IMG/VR virus record: IMGVR_UViG_3300046758_000611
Location: 96,001 to 160,000 of that record
Length of the DNA: 64,000 nucleotides
Source of the DNA: a virus
Reading direction: 5' to 3' (one strand)
Positions 39,566 to 49,004 of the stretch are shown here, in pieces. The notes beneath the pieces are model-generated. The model was not told the origin of the DNA, ran no database searches, and saw only the letters and a program-made list of their open reading frames with translations. The stretch's first letter is position 1. Each line of letters starts with the position of its first letter. Both the position numbers and the translations under genes were made by a program.

Positions 39566-40988
39566 AATAATCAATGGAGATAGTTTGAAAGTCCTCAAGA
39601 AACTTGAGGACGAATCAGTAGACTTGGTGTGTACAGACCCACCTTATGGATACTCGTTTATGAATCGTGATTGGGACAAAGCAGTTCCTGCATTAGAAAT
39701 TTGGCAAGAGTGTTTACGAGTTTTGAAACCAGGAGGATTCTGCTTCGTTATGTCAGCACCACGTTCAGATGTACAAAGTCGTATGATGGTTCGTTTAGAA
39801 GATGCAGGATTCAATATCGGATTCACTCCGATTTATTGGACATACGCAACAGGATTTCCAAAAGCACATAATGTGGCAAAGACGGTGGACAAACAACTTG
39901 GTAAAAAAAGAAAAGTTATTGGAAAATACAAAACTCCCGAAGGCAACCAAGAACTAACTACATATAACAATTGGAAGGATAGTGACACGCAAGAAAGAAG
40001 AACACCCGATATAACTGAACCTGCATCCGATGAAGCAAAAGCACTTGAAGGTTCTTATGTAGGTTATCAACCTAAACCTGCGGTAGAAGTTGTGCTTGTC
40101 GCAATGAAACCAATTATAGAAAAAACCACCACTGAACAAGCAATGAAAAATGGCAAAGGAATTACTTGGTTGGACGATTGTAGAATTCCAACAGATGAAA
40201 GTTTAGATGGTGGAGCATATGCAAAAAATCCAACACCACGTGAAGGAAAAGATATGTGGACTTCCGACAGAAAAAAAGAAACCAAGTGCTTTGAACGAGG
40301 TGGTGCAGGAGAATATAAACAACCAGACGGAAGATTCGCAGCCAATCTAATTGTACAAGACGATGTACTTAATGATGGAGTAAAACGAAGCAAAGGAAAA
40401 CACACAGATAGTGGAAGTGCATCTGGTGGTATTTGGCAAGAAAGCACAGGCAAACCAGCAGGAAGAACTTACGGAGACGAAGGATCGTTTTCTCGTTTTT
40501 ACGATTTGGATTCTTGGTGGAAATCACAAATACATAAATTGCCCGAAAGTGTTCAAAAGACTTTTCCTTTTATGATTGTCGCAAAAGCAAGTAAGGCAGA
40601 AAAAAACAAAGGTCTTGAACATCTTCCTAAAAAGAAAAGTTCTTCAATGCCGGGAAGAAGAAATGCAGAAGATATGAGCAATAGCAAAATCGACCACGAT
40701 GTTACTGGTAGATTTGTCACGGAAAAACAAAATGTTCATCCAACCGTTAAACCAATTGAACTAATGAGTTATTTGATAACACTTGGAAGTCGTGAAAATG
40801 ATGTGGTCGTTGATCCGTTTGTTGGAAGTGGAACAACTTGCATAGCAGCCAAAATGCTTGATAGAAAATACATCGGAATAGAAAAAGAAAAGGATTATGC
40901 AATCATTGCCAAAACTCGTCTTAAAGATGCAGAATCTCCCAACCAAGCAAGTGAGAAAAACAAAAGCAACGAGTTCTTTGCTTTTTAA
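39558..40988 (+). CDS. DNA N4/N6 methyltransferase, beta class
   Basis: GDSL..LK, TDPPYG, RVLKPGG, HPTVKP and DPFVGSGTT motifs. Start moved to ATG 39558. Confidence 0.92.
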   Translation: MNKIINGDSLKVLKKLEDESVDLVCTDPPYGYSFMNRDWDKAVPALEIWQECLRVLKPGGFCFVMSAPRSDVQSRMMVRLEDAGFNIGFTPIYWTYATGFPKAHNVAKTVDKQLGKKRKVIGKYKTPEGNQELTTYNNWKDSDTQERRTPDITEPASDEAKALEGSYVGYQPKPAVEVVLVAMKPIIEKTTTEQAMKNGKGITWLDDCRIPTDESLDGGAYAKNPTPREGKDMWTSDRKKETKCFERGGAGEYKQPDGRFAANLIVQDDVLNDGVKRSKGKHTDSGSASGGIWQESTGKPAGRTYGDEGSFSRFYDLDSWWKSQIHKLPESVQKTFPFMIVAKASKAEKNKGLEHLPKKKSSSMPGRRNAEDMSNSKIDHDVTGRFVTEKQNVHPTVKPIELMSYLITLGSRENDVVVDPFVGSGTTCIAAKMLDRKYIGIEKEKDYAIIAKTRLKDAESPNQASEKNKSNEFFAF

Positions 40989-40989
40989 A

Positions 40990-41586
40990 ATGAAACAAAC
41001 TAAAGTATTTATAGAAATCGGAACTTCTAATTTTAATACACTCGAAGTATTAGCAGAACAGGGTTGGTCTGGTATATTTGTAGAACCAGATAAATGGTAT
41101 TTATCTCAAATAAAAAGATTTAAACATTGTCTATATGATAATAGTGCAATATTAGACTTTAATGGTGAAACAGAGTTCGTTAATTACGATGCCGACTGGT
41201 TATCAAACAATGAAGCAGGTGACTTTATGTGGAAACGTGGTGTCGGTAATACACATCCTACTATTAATAATATGAAATTAAATCCAGAATGGCCTACTAT
41301 TAAATTCAATGTACAAGTTAAAACTTTGAATAAATTAGTAGAAGAATATGATGTAGAACAAATTGACTTTTTAAAAATTGATATTGAAGGACAAGACCCA
41401 AAAATATTGTACGCATATGATTTTTGTGTAAGACCAAGTAAAATTAAAATGGAAATTATTCACGCAAATTCATATGGAATTAATACAACAGATTTTAAGA
41501 ACTATATGTTAAAAAACAATTATTCTGTTTATTGTGAAGATGATTACGATACCCAAGATATTTGGTTTTTTGACAATTTAAAATAA
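40990..41586 (+). CDS. FkbM-family methyltransferase
   Basis: FIEIGT, GIFVEP and [10 protein letters not shown] motifs. Start moved to ATG 40990. Confidence 0.85.
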   Translation: MKQTKVFIEIGTSNFNTLEVLAEQGWSGIFVEPDKWYLSQIKRFKHCLYDNSAILDFNGETEFVNYDADWLSNNEAGDFMWKRGVGNTHPTINNMKLNPEWPTIKFNVQVKTLNKLVEEYDVEQIDFLKIDIEGQDPKILYAYDFCVRPSKIKMEIIHANSYGINTTDFKNYMLKNNYSVYCEDDYDTQDIWFFDNLK

Positions 41587-41593
41587 TAAGAAT

Positions 41594-42712
41594 ATGGAAC
41601 AAAATTATACAAAACTAGCAGACCTTCTTGTAAGACATAGTGTGTCGTTACAGAAAGGAGAAAAGGTATTAATAGACAACACAGAAGTGCCGGAAAATAT
41701 GACGATTGCACTTGTTCGTGCAGTTCGTGAATACGGAGGAATACCTTTTGTACAAACATCGCAAAGTCGCATAGGTCGTGAAGTTATGCTTCATGCAACC
41801 AAAGAACAAATGGAAACCTTTATGAAGTTCAGTATGCCTAAGATTCAAGAAATGGATGCTTATATTGCTATTGCAGGTTCTCATAATATATACGAAACAA
41901 GTGATGTTGATCCTGATATCAAAACAATGATGTCCAAGATCACTAAACCATATCTTGATTATCGTGTAAACGAAACTAAATGGTGTATTTTAAGATGGCC
42001 ACATCCTGCTATGGCACAACAAGCAAATATGAGTACCGAAGCATTTGAAAACTTTTACTTTGATGTTTGTACATTTGATTATGCTAAATTTAATCCTGGT
42101 ATGAGCAATCTGCAAAAAAGAATGCAGAACGCAGATAAAGTTCACATTAAAGGTGATGACACAGATTTGCGTTTCTCTATAAAAGGAATTAATGCAGTTG
42201 CGTGTGGTGGTACTCATAATATACCAGACGGAGAAGTATTTAGTTGTCCAATTAAAGATAGTGTTGAAGGACACATTCAGTTTAATGCCCCAACAATTTA
42301 TCGTGGAATTGACTTTGACGGAATTCGGTTGGAATTCAAAAAAGGAAAGATTATCGATGCTACTGCAAATAGTGATACAAGCACCGAGTCATTAAATGAA
42401 ATTCTTGATAGTGATGACGGAGCAAGATACATTGGTGAGTTTGCTATTGGATTTAACCCATATGTTACACATCCAATGCGTGATATTCTGTTCGACGAAA
42501 AAATAGGTGGTAGTTTTCACTTTACCCCCGGTCAATGCTATGATGATGCAAGCAATGGAAATGATTCACAGGTTCACTGGGATATGGTAAAAATACAACG
42601 ACCAGATTATGGTGGTGGTGAAATTTACTTTGACGATGAACTTATTCGAAAAGATGGAGAGTTTGTTGTTAATGATTTGATACCACTCAATCCAGATAAA
42701 TTACTAAAATAG
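41594..42712 (+). CDS. M29 aminopeptidase (AmpS/PepS family)
   Basis: [28 protein letters not shown] and N.SQVHWDMV motifs. Confidence 0.93.
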   Translation: MEQNYTKLADLLVRHSVSLQKGEKVLIDNTEVPENMTIALVRAVREYGGIPFVQTSQSRIGREVMLHATKEQMETFMKFSMPKIQEMDAYIAIAGSHNIYETSDVDPDIKTMMSKITKPYLDYRVNETKWCILRWPHPAMAQQANMSTEAFENFYFDVCTFDYAKFNPGMSNLQKRMQNADKVHIKGDDTDLRFSIKGINAVACGGTHNIPDGEVFSCPIKDSVEGHIQFNAPTIYRGIDFDGIRLEFKKGKIIDATANSDTSTESLNEILDSDDGARYIGEFAIGFNPYVTHPMRDILFDEKIGGSFHFTPGQCYDDASNGNDSQVHWDMVKIQRPDYGGGEIYFDDELIRKDGEFVVNDLIPLNPDKLLK

Positions 42713-42715
42713 TAG

Positions 42716-42744
42716 TTGACGAATGTATACGTATTTAATATAAT
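42716..42744 (+). promoter_or_regulatory. sigma70-type promoter
   Basis: TTGACG-17 nt-TATAAT, ending 6 nt before ATG 42751. Confidence 0.8.
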
Positions 42745-42750
42745 ATATTT

Positions 42751-43134
42751 ATGTTTTACGAAGATTTATTTGAATTAGAAGATGAGTATATAGAAAAGCA
42801 TAATAAGTACACCTCCGGGTTTAGTTCTATATTTGAATTAAAACGAGAAAAAAAGTTTTATGCATTATACTCTGCACTTACAACGTGCCACGGAATCATG
42901 ATTGGAAAAACGTTATGTAATTATAATTTATGCGATATTAAAAAAATGAAACCAAGTGAACGTATTTTAGAAGTTTCTTATTCAGATATAATTCACTTTT
43001 TTGATATTGAAAGTTTGATGGATGCAAAATTAAATGACCACTCATTTTCAATTAACAATACAAAAAATGAAAAAATTGATTTAATACCCGTACAGATTAG
43101 GAGTATGATAACAGATGGAAAAATATATACCTAA
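42751..43134 (+). CDS. hypothetical protein
   Basis: 127 aa ORF directly behind a consensus promoter. Confidence 0.6.
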   Translation: MFYEDLFELEDEYIEKHNKYTSGFSSIFELKREKKFYALYSALTTCHGIMIGKTLCNYNLCDIKKMKPSERILEVSYSDIIHFFDIESLMDAKLNDHSFSINNTKNEKIDLIPVQIRSMITDGKIYT

Positions 43135-43372
43135 CGAAAAACCAAATATACACATACTCAGCATAGAGGACGATGAAAACGGAAACCCAAAGTTTTCGTA
43201 TGAAGTTAATGATGCTTTCATCGAAATGATTAAAAAAGAAAAAAAACTTAACAATATCGACGAACAATCAATAACAAATTACATAACGGAACTACTAGAA
43301 AATTGTTCTAATGAAAAAAATGGTTATGGGTATAAAAAAGTAGATTTAACAGATAATAAAATTGACAATTAA
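43115..43372 (+). CDS. hypothetical protein
   Basis: 85 aa ORF overlapping the previous stop. Confidence 0.55.
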   Translation: MEKYIPNEKPNIHILSIEDDENGNPKFSYEVNDAFIEMIKKEKKLNNIDEQSITNYITELLENCSNEKNGYGYKKVDLTDNKIDN

Positions 43373-43397
43373 CAATTAAAATAATAATATATAAACT

Positions 43398-44123
43398 ATG
43401 AAAAAAGATAAAGTACTACAATTCATTTCTCGTTACAATCTTAATGGTAACGTAGAATCAGTTAAGTGGGAAACTAACGGAGACAACGTTTGCGAAACCA
43501 CCTTCATTACCGATGACAAAAGTGTTCTCGGCAAAGTATCTGCAAAGGACTTTGAACTCACAGAAGGTGAAGTCGGTGTTTATGATACTGCAAAGTTGAA
43601 GCAGTTGTTGTCAGTCGTTGGTGACGAGATTAATGTTGAGGTTGTTGAAAAGAACGAAAAGAATGTCAGCATTAATGTTTCAGATGACACAACAAGTGTT
43701 AATTTCATGCTTGCTGATTTAGCAGTAATTCCTAACGTGCCTGCACTAAAAGACTTGCCAGATTTTGATCTGCAAATTCCTTTTAGCAATGACTTCGCAA
43801 AGAAGTTTGTTCGTTCTGCAAGTGCATTAAGTGATTGTGATACATTTACAATTGTTCCATCTAAGGACGGAATTCAATTGGTAATTGGTTATTCTACTAT
43901 CAATAGCAATCGTGTTTCTTTGAATGCGATAACAGAGGGTAACGGCACAATCACAGACCCCATTAGTTTTTCCTCGAAGTATTTCAAGGAAATTCTTAAT
44001 GCAAATAGTGACTCTGAAAAGAGTGTTCTCAATGTTAGTTCAAAAGGAATTGCAAGCATTGATTTTGAAGTCGGTGACTTCCGTAGTAGTTATTACTTGG
44101 TTGAAATTCAAACAACCGATTAA
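43398..44123 (+). CDS. DNA polymerase sliding clamp (gp45/PCNA-like)
   Basis: 241 aa, acidic, with GVYD..KL..LL and a C-terminal S.YYLV. TAATG-coupled to the clamp loader. Confidence 0.8.
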   Translation: MKKDKVLQFISRYNLNGNVESVKWETNGDNVCETTFITDDKSVLGKVSAKDFELTEGEVGVYDTAKLKQLLSVVGDEINVEVVEKNEKNVSINVSDDTTSVNFMLADLAVIPNVPALKDLPDFDLQIPFSNDFAKKFVRSASALSDCDTFTIVPSKDGIQLVIGYSTINSNRVSLNAITEGNGTITDPISFSSKYFKEILNANSDSEKSVLNVSSKGIASIDFEVGDFRSSYYLVEIQTTD

Positions 44124-45079
44124 TGAATTTCTTAGAAGAAGCAACAAAGTCTCCAGTTGAATCGGAAAATAGTCTTTGGGTTGAGAAATATCGACCCAAA
44201 GACTTATCTGATTATATCGGAAACGAACCTTTAAAGAAACGAGCTGCTTCGTGGATTGAGTCGAAAGACATTCCACATTTGCTTTTGTATGGTAAAGCAG
44301 GTACAGGTAAAACTACACTTGGTAAGTTGATTACAAAGCAGATTCCGTGTGATCATTTGTATATCAATGCAAGTGACGAAAACAATGTTGATACCGTGCG
44401 TACCAAGATTAAGTCATTCGCAAGCAGTATGGGATTCAATGATCTTAAAGTTGTATTGCTTGACGAGTGTGACTTTCTTACAGGCAATGCTCAGGCTGCG
44501 TTAAGAAATCTAATGGAGCAGTTTAGTATGACTACTCGTTTCATTCTTACTTGTAATTACCACGAAAAAATCATTGAACCGATTGTCAGTCGTTGTCAAA
44601 CATTCAACATCGTTCCTCCTAATCGTAAAGATGTTGCAGTTCATCTTGCCAAGATTCTTGCTAAACAAGAAATCAAAGCACAACCAGATGATATTGCATT
44701 GATTGTAAACAAAGGTTATCCTGATATTCGTAAGGTGATTAACAATGCTCAACAGAATAGCATCAATGGCACTCTTGAGATTATCAAAGAAGACCTTATT
44801 GAAGGTGACTATAAGTTAAAGTTGTTGGACATTCTAAAGAATGCAAGTAAAGACAAAAAGAATGCTTGGCTAACTGCTCGTCAACTTATTGCAAATGAAA
44901 AGATAAATGACTTCACAGATGTTTACAAGTTTTTGTTTGATAATGTAGATGAGTATGCTCCTGGTAAAAGTGCAAACATTGTTATTATGCTTGATCAACA
45001 AACTTACCACGATAGTTTGGTGGTTGATAAAGAAATTACATTTGCATCAACCATCGCACAAATCGTTCAAACACTATGA
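44123..45079 (+). CDS. clamp loader AAA+ subunit (gp44/RFC small subunit-like)
   Basis: LWVEKYRP, GKAGTGKT, INASD, LDECD, AQAALR and SRC motifs. Confidence 0.95.
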   Translation: MNFLEEATKSPVESENSLWVEKYRPKDLSDYIGNEPLKKRAASWIESKDIPHLLLYGKAGTGKTTLGKLITKQIPCDHLYINASDENNVDTVRTKIKSFASSMGFNDLKVVLLDECDFLTGNAQAALRNLMEQFSMTTRFILTCNYHEKIIEPIVSRCQTFNIVPPNRKDVAVHLAKILAKQEIKAQPDDIALIVNKGYPDIRKVINNAQQNSINGTLEIIKEDLIEGDYKLKLLDILKNASKDKKNAWLTARQLIANEKINDFTDVYKFLFDNVDEYAPGKSANIVIMLDQQTYHDSLVVDKEITFASTIAQIVQTL

Positions 45080-45192
45080 ATAAAAATCTAAAAGATAGGT
45101 TATATGCAGTTTATGAACTACTTGGTGGAATGGTTGCATTTAGTTTTATTATTTGTTTACAAGTTTGGTATATTCTGACCGGTAACGAGTAA
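45076..45192 (+). CDS. small membrane peptide (38 aa)
   Basis: ATGA overlap with the clamp loader stop; one hydrophobic stretch (LLGGMVAFSFIICLQVWYIL). Confidence 0.4.
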   Translation: MNKNLKDRLYAVYELLGGMVAFSFIICLQVWYILTGNE

Positions 45193-45214
45193 TACAAAAA
45201 CAAAGGTTATGTAT

Positions 45215-45247
45215 AAAAGAACCAGTCTTAGGATTGGTTCTTTTTTT
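45215..45247 (+). terminator. intrinsic terminator
   Basis: AAAAGAACCAGTC-TTAG-GATTGGTTC followed by a T7 run. Confidence 0.85.
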
Positions 45248-45296
45248 GTACTTATATAAAATGTATATATTTATGCGTGGTTAATATTTATACTTG

Positions 45297-47720
45297 ATGA
45301 ATAGCACCCATATAAAAGAAGCAAATGTAGAGCAAGATATGTATTACACAGGTATTGCCGAAAAAGCATATGATAAAGTGGTGCGATTTTTAACTAAACA
45401 TAAAGATAAATTAGAAGGTGAGGGTGAGAATAGTATAGTCAACAAACCATTTATACCACTTACACAATGGAAAGGTGTTGCTCTTAGAGGAACAGACATA
45501 GATAAAAACTTTCCGTCTTTAAGTGAGGTAGTATTATTTTTCATTCCAACAAAAAGTACATCACGTGGTGGAGTAACAATCGCAGGTGGTTTCACAAACA
45601 AAAGTTTGAAAGTCGGTGGAATATCATTTAAAGGTGTAATTGTAAATGCTAATCTACTTGGTGATTACAATGGCAAGTATATGGATACTCGTCTTGATAA
45701 AGATACATTCATTCACGAATATATACACTTTCTTGATCATTTGAGGTATCGTAGTCGTGGTTTAGGAAAAACAAGTGCCAAGTACTTAGATACACAAGAT
45801 ATAGAAGGATACTACAACACACCAGAAGAATTTAATGCATATTATCAAGCAGGACAATCTCAGATAGTTCGTGTATGGAAAAATCTATCTGATCGGTTTG
45901 CACATCGTCCGGAATTTCTTGCCGACTTTAAAAAGAAGAAATTAGAAAGTTACAAATCATTTCAAGATTGGGCAATTGATGTAGAGTTTTTTGATAAAGA
46001 CTTTCTTACATATATAAACAGTAAATATCTCAAAAAGTTTAAGAAACGATTAGCAGGTTTATATATGTATATACAAAAAGGTAATCTGTCGGAAATCATT
46101 TCAGAAAGCAAAGTAAAGGTTGATAGCAACTCAGTAAAGAAGTGGGCAAAGGATTTAAGAGTTCTTACCAAGGCATATAAGCAAATTGGTAGTGATAGTG
46201 AAGACCCACAGGCAATTAAAGACTTTAAAAAAGTAAGAAGAGCATTTGGTACATTCCAAGAAAACTTTGAGAAATGGGTTTACAAATTCTTTTTACAATA
46301 TAAATGGCAAGGTGCTAGTGATAAAACAGAATCTTGGGAGGCAAAAGAAGTTCGTGAAAAGTGTTGGAGAGCAGTTACAAGTCTTGGTGGAAATTTTCCA
46401 GAGTTTTGGGACTTTCAAACTAAAAAGCATCGTGTAAGTCCACAAATACTTGCAAGAGAACGAGAAAAGAATATTCGAAGGTATCGTGCAGAATTTCGTG
46501 AAGGAATCAAAGCACTTCTTCAGTATGTTGCCATATATGGAGATCAAGAAAGAGAAAAACCAATTGAACAAGCACAAATAGGACCAGTTAAATTGGTTAT
46601 TCACAACTTCAAAAGAAAAGGTGGAAGTGAACAAGGAGAAGCAAGTCGTGAAAAAAGTTTCAAGCAACTTGTAGATGGTATTAAAAGTTGGTCAAAGAAA
46701 ATTCAAAAAGCAGGTTTTGGAAAGTGTATAGAAGGATTAACCGTTGATTTAGATTTTGGGTTAACAGCAGATACGGGAGAAATGGTCAATGGTGAGTATT
46801 ATATGAATAAAGATATGCTCAAGTTGTACGGATGTGGAATGACGCAAGATACATTCACACATGAACTTGGTCATCGTTTTTGGTATCGTGAACTTCCCTC
46901 TAATGCAAAGAAGCATTGGCAAGATACAATTAAAAGCAAGAAAGTATCTATTGAACGTAAAGATGTAGAGGATTATGTAGAAAAGTATTTTGATAAGAAT
47001 GGAAGCAAGATATACAAAAGACGAGCAGGATTAAAAGTCATTGATAAAAACGAAGACAATGTCGAGACCAAAGCAAAGTTCAAGGCACTACAAATGACAT
47101 CAGTTTACTCAACCGAGAACAGAAAAGAAGTTGTAACAAAATTAGCAGATAGGTGGGTTGGTCCTGGCAAAGAAATTCCGATTGAACACATTACTAACTA
47201 CGGAAATACAAATCCAGAAGAAGCATTTGCAGAAGCATTTAAACTATATATAATAAGAGGTCCTGGTAAATTAGGAGAATGGACTCGTTGGTTCTTTCGT
47301 GAAATCGTTAGAACAGGAGGAGCAACTATCAAGGAAATTAAAATAATGAATAATAAAAAAGCATTAAACGAAGTCGCAATGAACAAAGACAATGTTCAAG
47401 AGTTTATCAAATTTGCAAAAAACGCATTACAATTAAAAGAAAAAGTATCAGTAAAACTTTTAGAGAAACGACATGAGCATATGACGGCTGCTTGTTATGA
47501 TCCGAATACCAATGAAATTTCTATATATACAAAAGGAAGAGCATTTGCTGATGTGTGTCGTAGTCTTGCCCATGAAATGGTTCATCAAAAACAAAATGAA
47601 CTAGGTTTACTTGAAGCAAATAGTGGTGAAACCGGTAGTGATATAGAAAACGAAGCAAATGCGTGTGCTGGTATTATTATGCGGAACTTCGGAGAAGTAG
47701 TTGGAAATCTTTACGATTAA
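45297..47720 (+). CDS. polyvalent protein with three zincin-like (HExxH) metallopeptidase domains
   Basis: HEYIH...EEFNAY, HELGH...YGNTNPEEAFAEAF and HEMVH...ENEANA. TATTTAT lies 5 nt upstream of ATG 45297. Confidence 0.75.
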   Translation: MNSTHIKEANVEQDMYYTGIAEKAYDKVVRFLTKHKDKLEGEGENSIVNKPFIPLTQWKGVALRGTDIDKNFPSLSEVVLFFIPTKSTSRGGVTIAGGFTNKSLKVGGISFKGVIVNANLLGDYNGKYMDTRLDKDTFIHEYIHFLDHLRYRSRGLGKTSAKYLDTQDIEGYYNTPEEFNAYYQAGQSQIVRVWKNLSDRFAHRPEFLADFKKKKLESYKSFQDWAIDVEFFDKDFLTYINSKYLKKFKKRLAGLYMYIQKGNLSEIISESKVKVDSNSVKKWAKDLRVLTKAYKQIGSDSEDPQAIKDFKKVRRAFGTFQENFEKWVYKFFLQYKWQGASDKTESWEAKEVREKCWRAVTSLGGNFPEFWDFQTKKHRVSPQILAREREKNIRRYRAEFREGIKALLQYVAIYGDQEREKPIEQAQIGPVKLVIHNFKRKGGSEQGEASREKSFKQLVDGIKSWSKKIQKAGFGKCIEGLTVDLDFGLTADTGEMVNGEYYMNKDMLKLYGCGMTQDTFTHELGHRFWYRELPSNAKKHWQDTIKSKKVSIERKDVEDYVEKYFDKNGSKIYKRRAGLKVIDKNEDNVETKAKFKALQMTSVYSTENRKEVVTKLADRWVGPGKEIPIEHITNYGNTNPEEAFAEAFKLYIIRGPGKLGEWTRWFFREIVRTGGATIKEIKIMNNKKALNEVAMNKDNVQEFIKFAKNALQLKEKVSVKLLEKRHEHMTAACYDPNTNEISIYTKGRAFADVCRSLAHEMVHQKQNELGLLEANSGETGSDIENEANACAGIIMRNFGEVVGNLYD

Positions 47721-48184
47721 TTTTTAGGTGGGGCAAGTCTGCGAATAAGTGTTTCTAACAATGTGTATTTGTTTGAGGTAAGATCATCTACATTAGAAAC
47801 TTTCCATATTACAACCGAGTTTTTTTGTGTATAAAGATATGATGGTGGACTCTTTGGATTCTTGTTTGAAGTAATAAAAATCATTAGTTTACTGTTACTT
47901 ATATCTTCACCATCAATTCTACGATACTGGTGTGTATAACAATCACTTGTAATGACTTTTTGGTAAATCCTTTCGAGTACAGGATCACCTGCTTTCATTT
48001 CTTCAATCAATGGTGCATTTTTTTGCATAAGTAATCTTGATTGTGCTTCTTTATCTTTGGGAATAGATGTTACATACCTGTCACGTGTCCATGTTTTGTA
48101 ACCATACGTTAAATAATTGTAAAACCCTTCACAATACTTTGCAAGTTTTGGGTTTTCGGGACATATAAAAAAAATAAAGTTCAT
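47717..48184 (-). CDS. hypothetical protein
   Basis: 155 aa ORF with no recognised motif. Confidence 0.5.
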   Translation of the reverse strand: MNFIFFICPENPKLAKYCEGFYNYLTYGYKTWTRDRYVTSIPKDKEAQSRLLMQKNAPLIEEMKAGDPVLERIYQKVITSDCYTHQYRRIDGEDISNSKLMIFITSNKNPKSPPSYLYTQKNSVVIWKVSNVDDLTSNKYTLLETLIRRLAPPKN

Positions 48185-48243
48185 ATCTACATCATCGTTA
48201 ATGTTTATATAACCTTTATTTTAAATAAATATAATATATATTT

Positions 48244-48696
48244 TTATTTACCTTGAGATTTCTTTTTCTTTTCTGATTTCTCTCCGTCTGCAACCCTTCT
48301 TCTAAGAGCAGAACTACTATAATCATGCTTTCTGGAATTATATATGACTTTATCTAAGTGTCCGGGGAGATCATGACCAGTGAATGGTTTATCTTTCCAA
48401 TCATCTCCAACGAAACGAACATCATAATCAATGCCTTTTAGAATTTCCAACAAATCAGATTCAGTTTCGTATGGAATAATTTCGTCCACAAATTTACTCC
48501 CACGAAGTTGTATATATCTTTCTACAACCGATTGAACTGGTTTGTTTTTATCTGCTCTGTCTAATTGTGGATTGGTATGTAACCCTACGATTAAATAATC
48601 GCAATGACGTTTACAATCCTCCATCATAAGTACATGACCTGCATGAAATACATCCATTGCTCCACACGTAAATCCTTTAATAATTTTGTTACTCAT
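48244..48696 (-). CDS. glycerol-3-phosphate cytidylyltransferase-like protein (TagD family)
   Basis: FTCGAMDVFHAGH, LIVGL, KNKP.QS..ER, VGDDW and YSSS.LR motifs. Confidence 0.85.
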   Translation of the reverse strand: MSNKIIKGFTCGAMDVFHAGHVLMMEDCKRHCDYLIVGLHTNPQLDRADKNKPVQSVVERYIQLRGSKFVDEIIPYETESDLLEILKGIDYDVRFVGDDWKDKPFTGHDLPGHLDKVIYNSRKHDYSSSALRRRVADGEKSEKKKKSQGK

Positions 48697-48706
48697 TCTA
48701 ATTTGT

Positions 48707-48898
48707 TTATTCGTCTAGCCAGTTTTTGTTTAATATTTCACTTTGAGTTTTTGCATCAAGTTTATTATATAAGTATTTAATCTTTTCAACTAATTTAACA
48801 GAACCAACGGATTTATCAGAGAATCCCTCAATCCTTCTATATCTTAATTTATACGAAAACCCTTTTATAAAGAATACGATTTGTTTATTATTGTCCAT
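48707..48898 (-). CDS. hypothetical protein
   Basis: 63 aa; TATTTAT 4 nt upstream of the ATG. Confidence 0.5.
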   Translation of the reverse strand: MDNNKQIVFFIKGFSYKLRYRRIEGFSDKSVGSVKLVEKIKYLYNKLDAKTQSEILNKNWLDE

Positions 48899-48954
48899 GT
48901 AAATAAATATTATAATAATTAGTTTTTATAATATTATTATAATAATAATTAAAT

Positions 48955-48983
48955 AAAAAAAAGGAGGGATAAATCCCTCCTTT
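48955..48983 (-). terminator. intrinsic terminator after dnaK
   Basis: AAGGAGGGAT/ATCCCTCCTT inverted repeat with a T-run on the minus strand. Confidence 0.85.
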
Positions 48984-49004
48984 AATTATACATTGTAAAC
49001 AATG

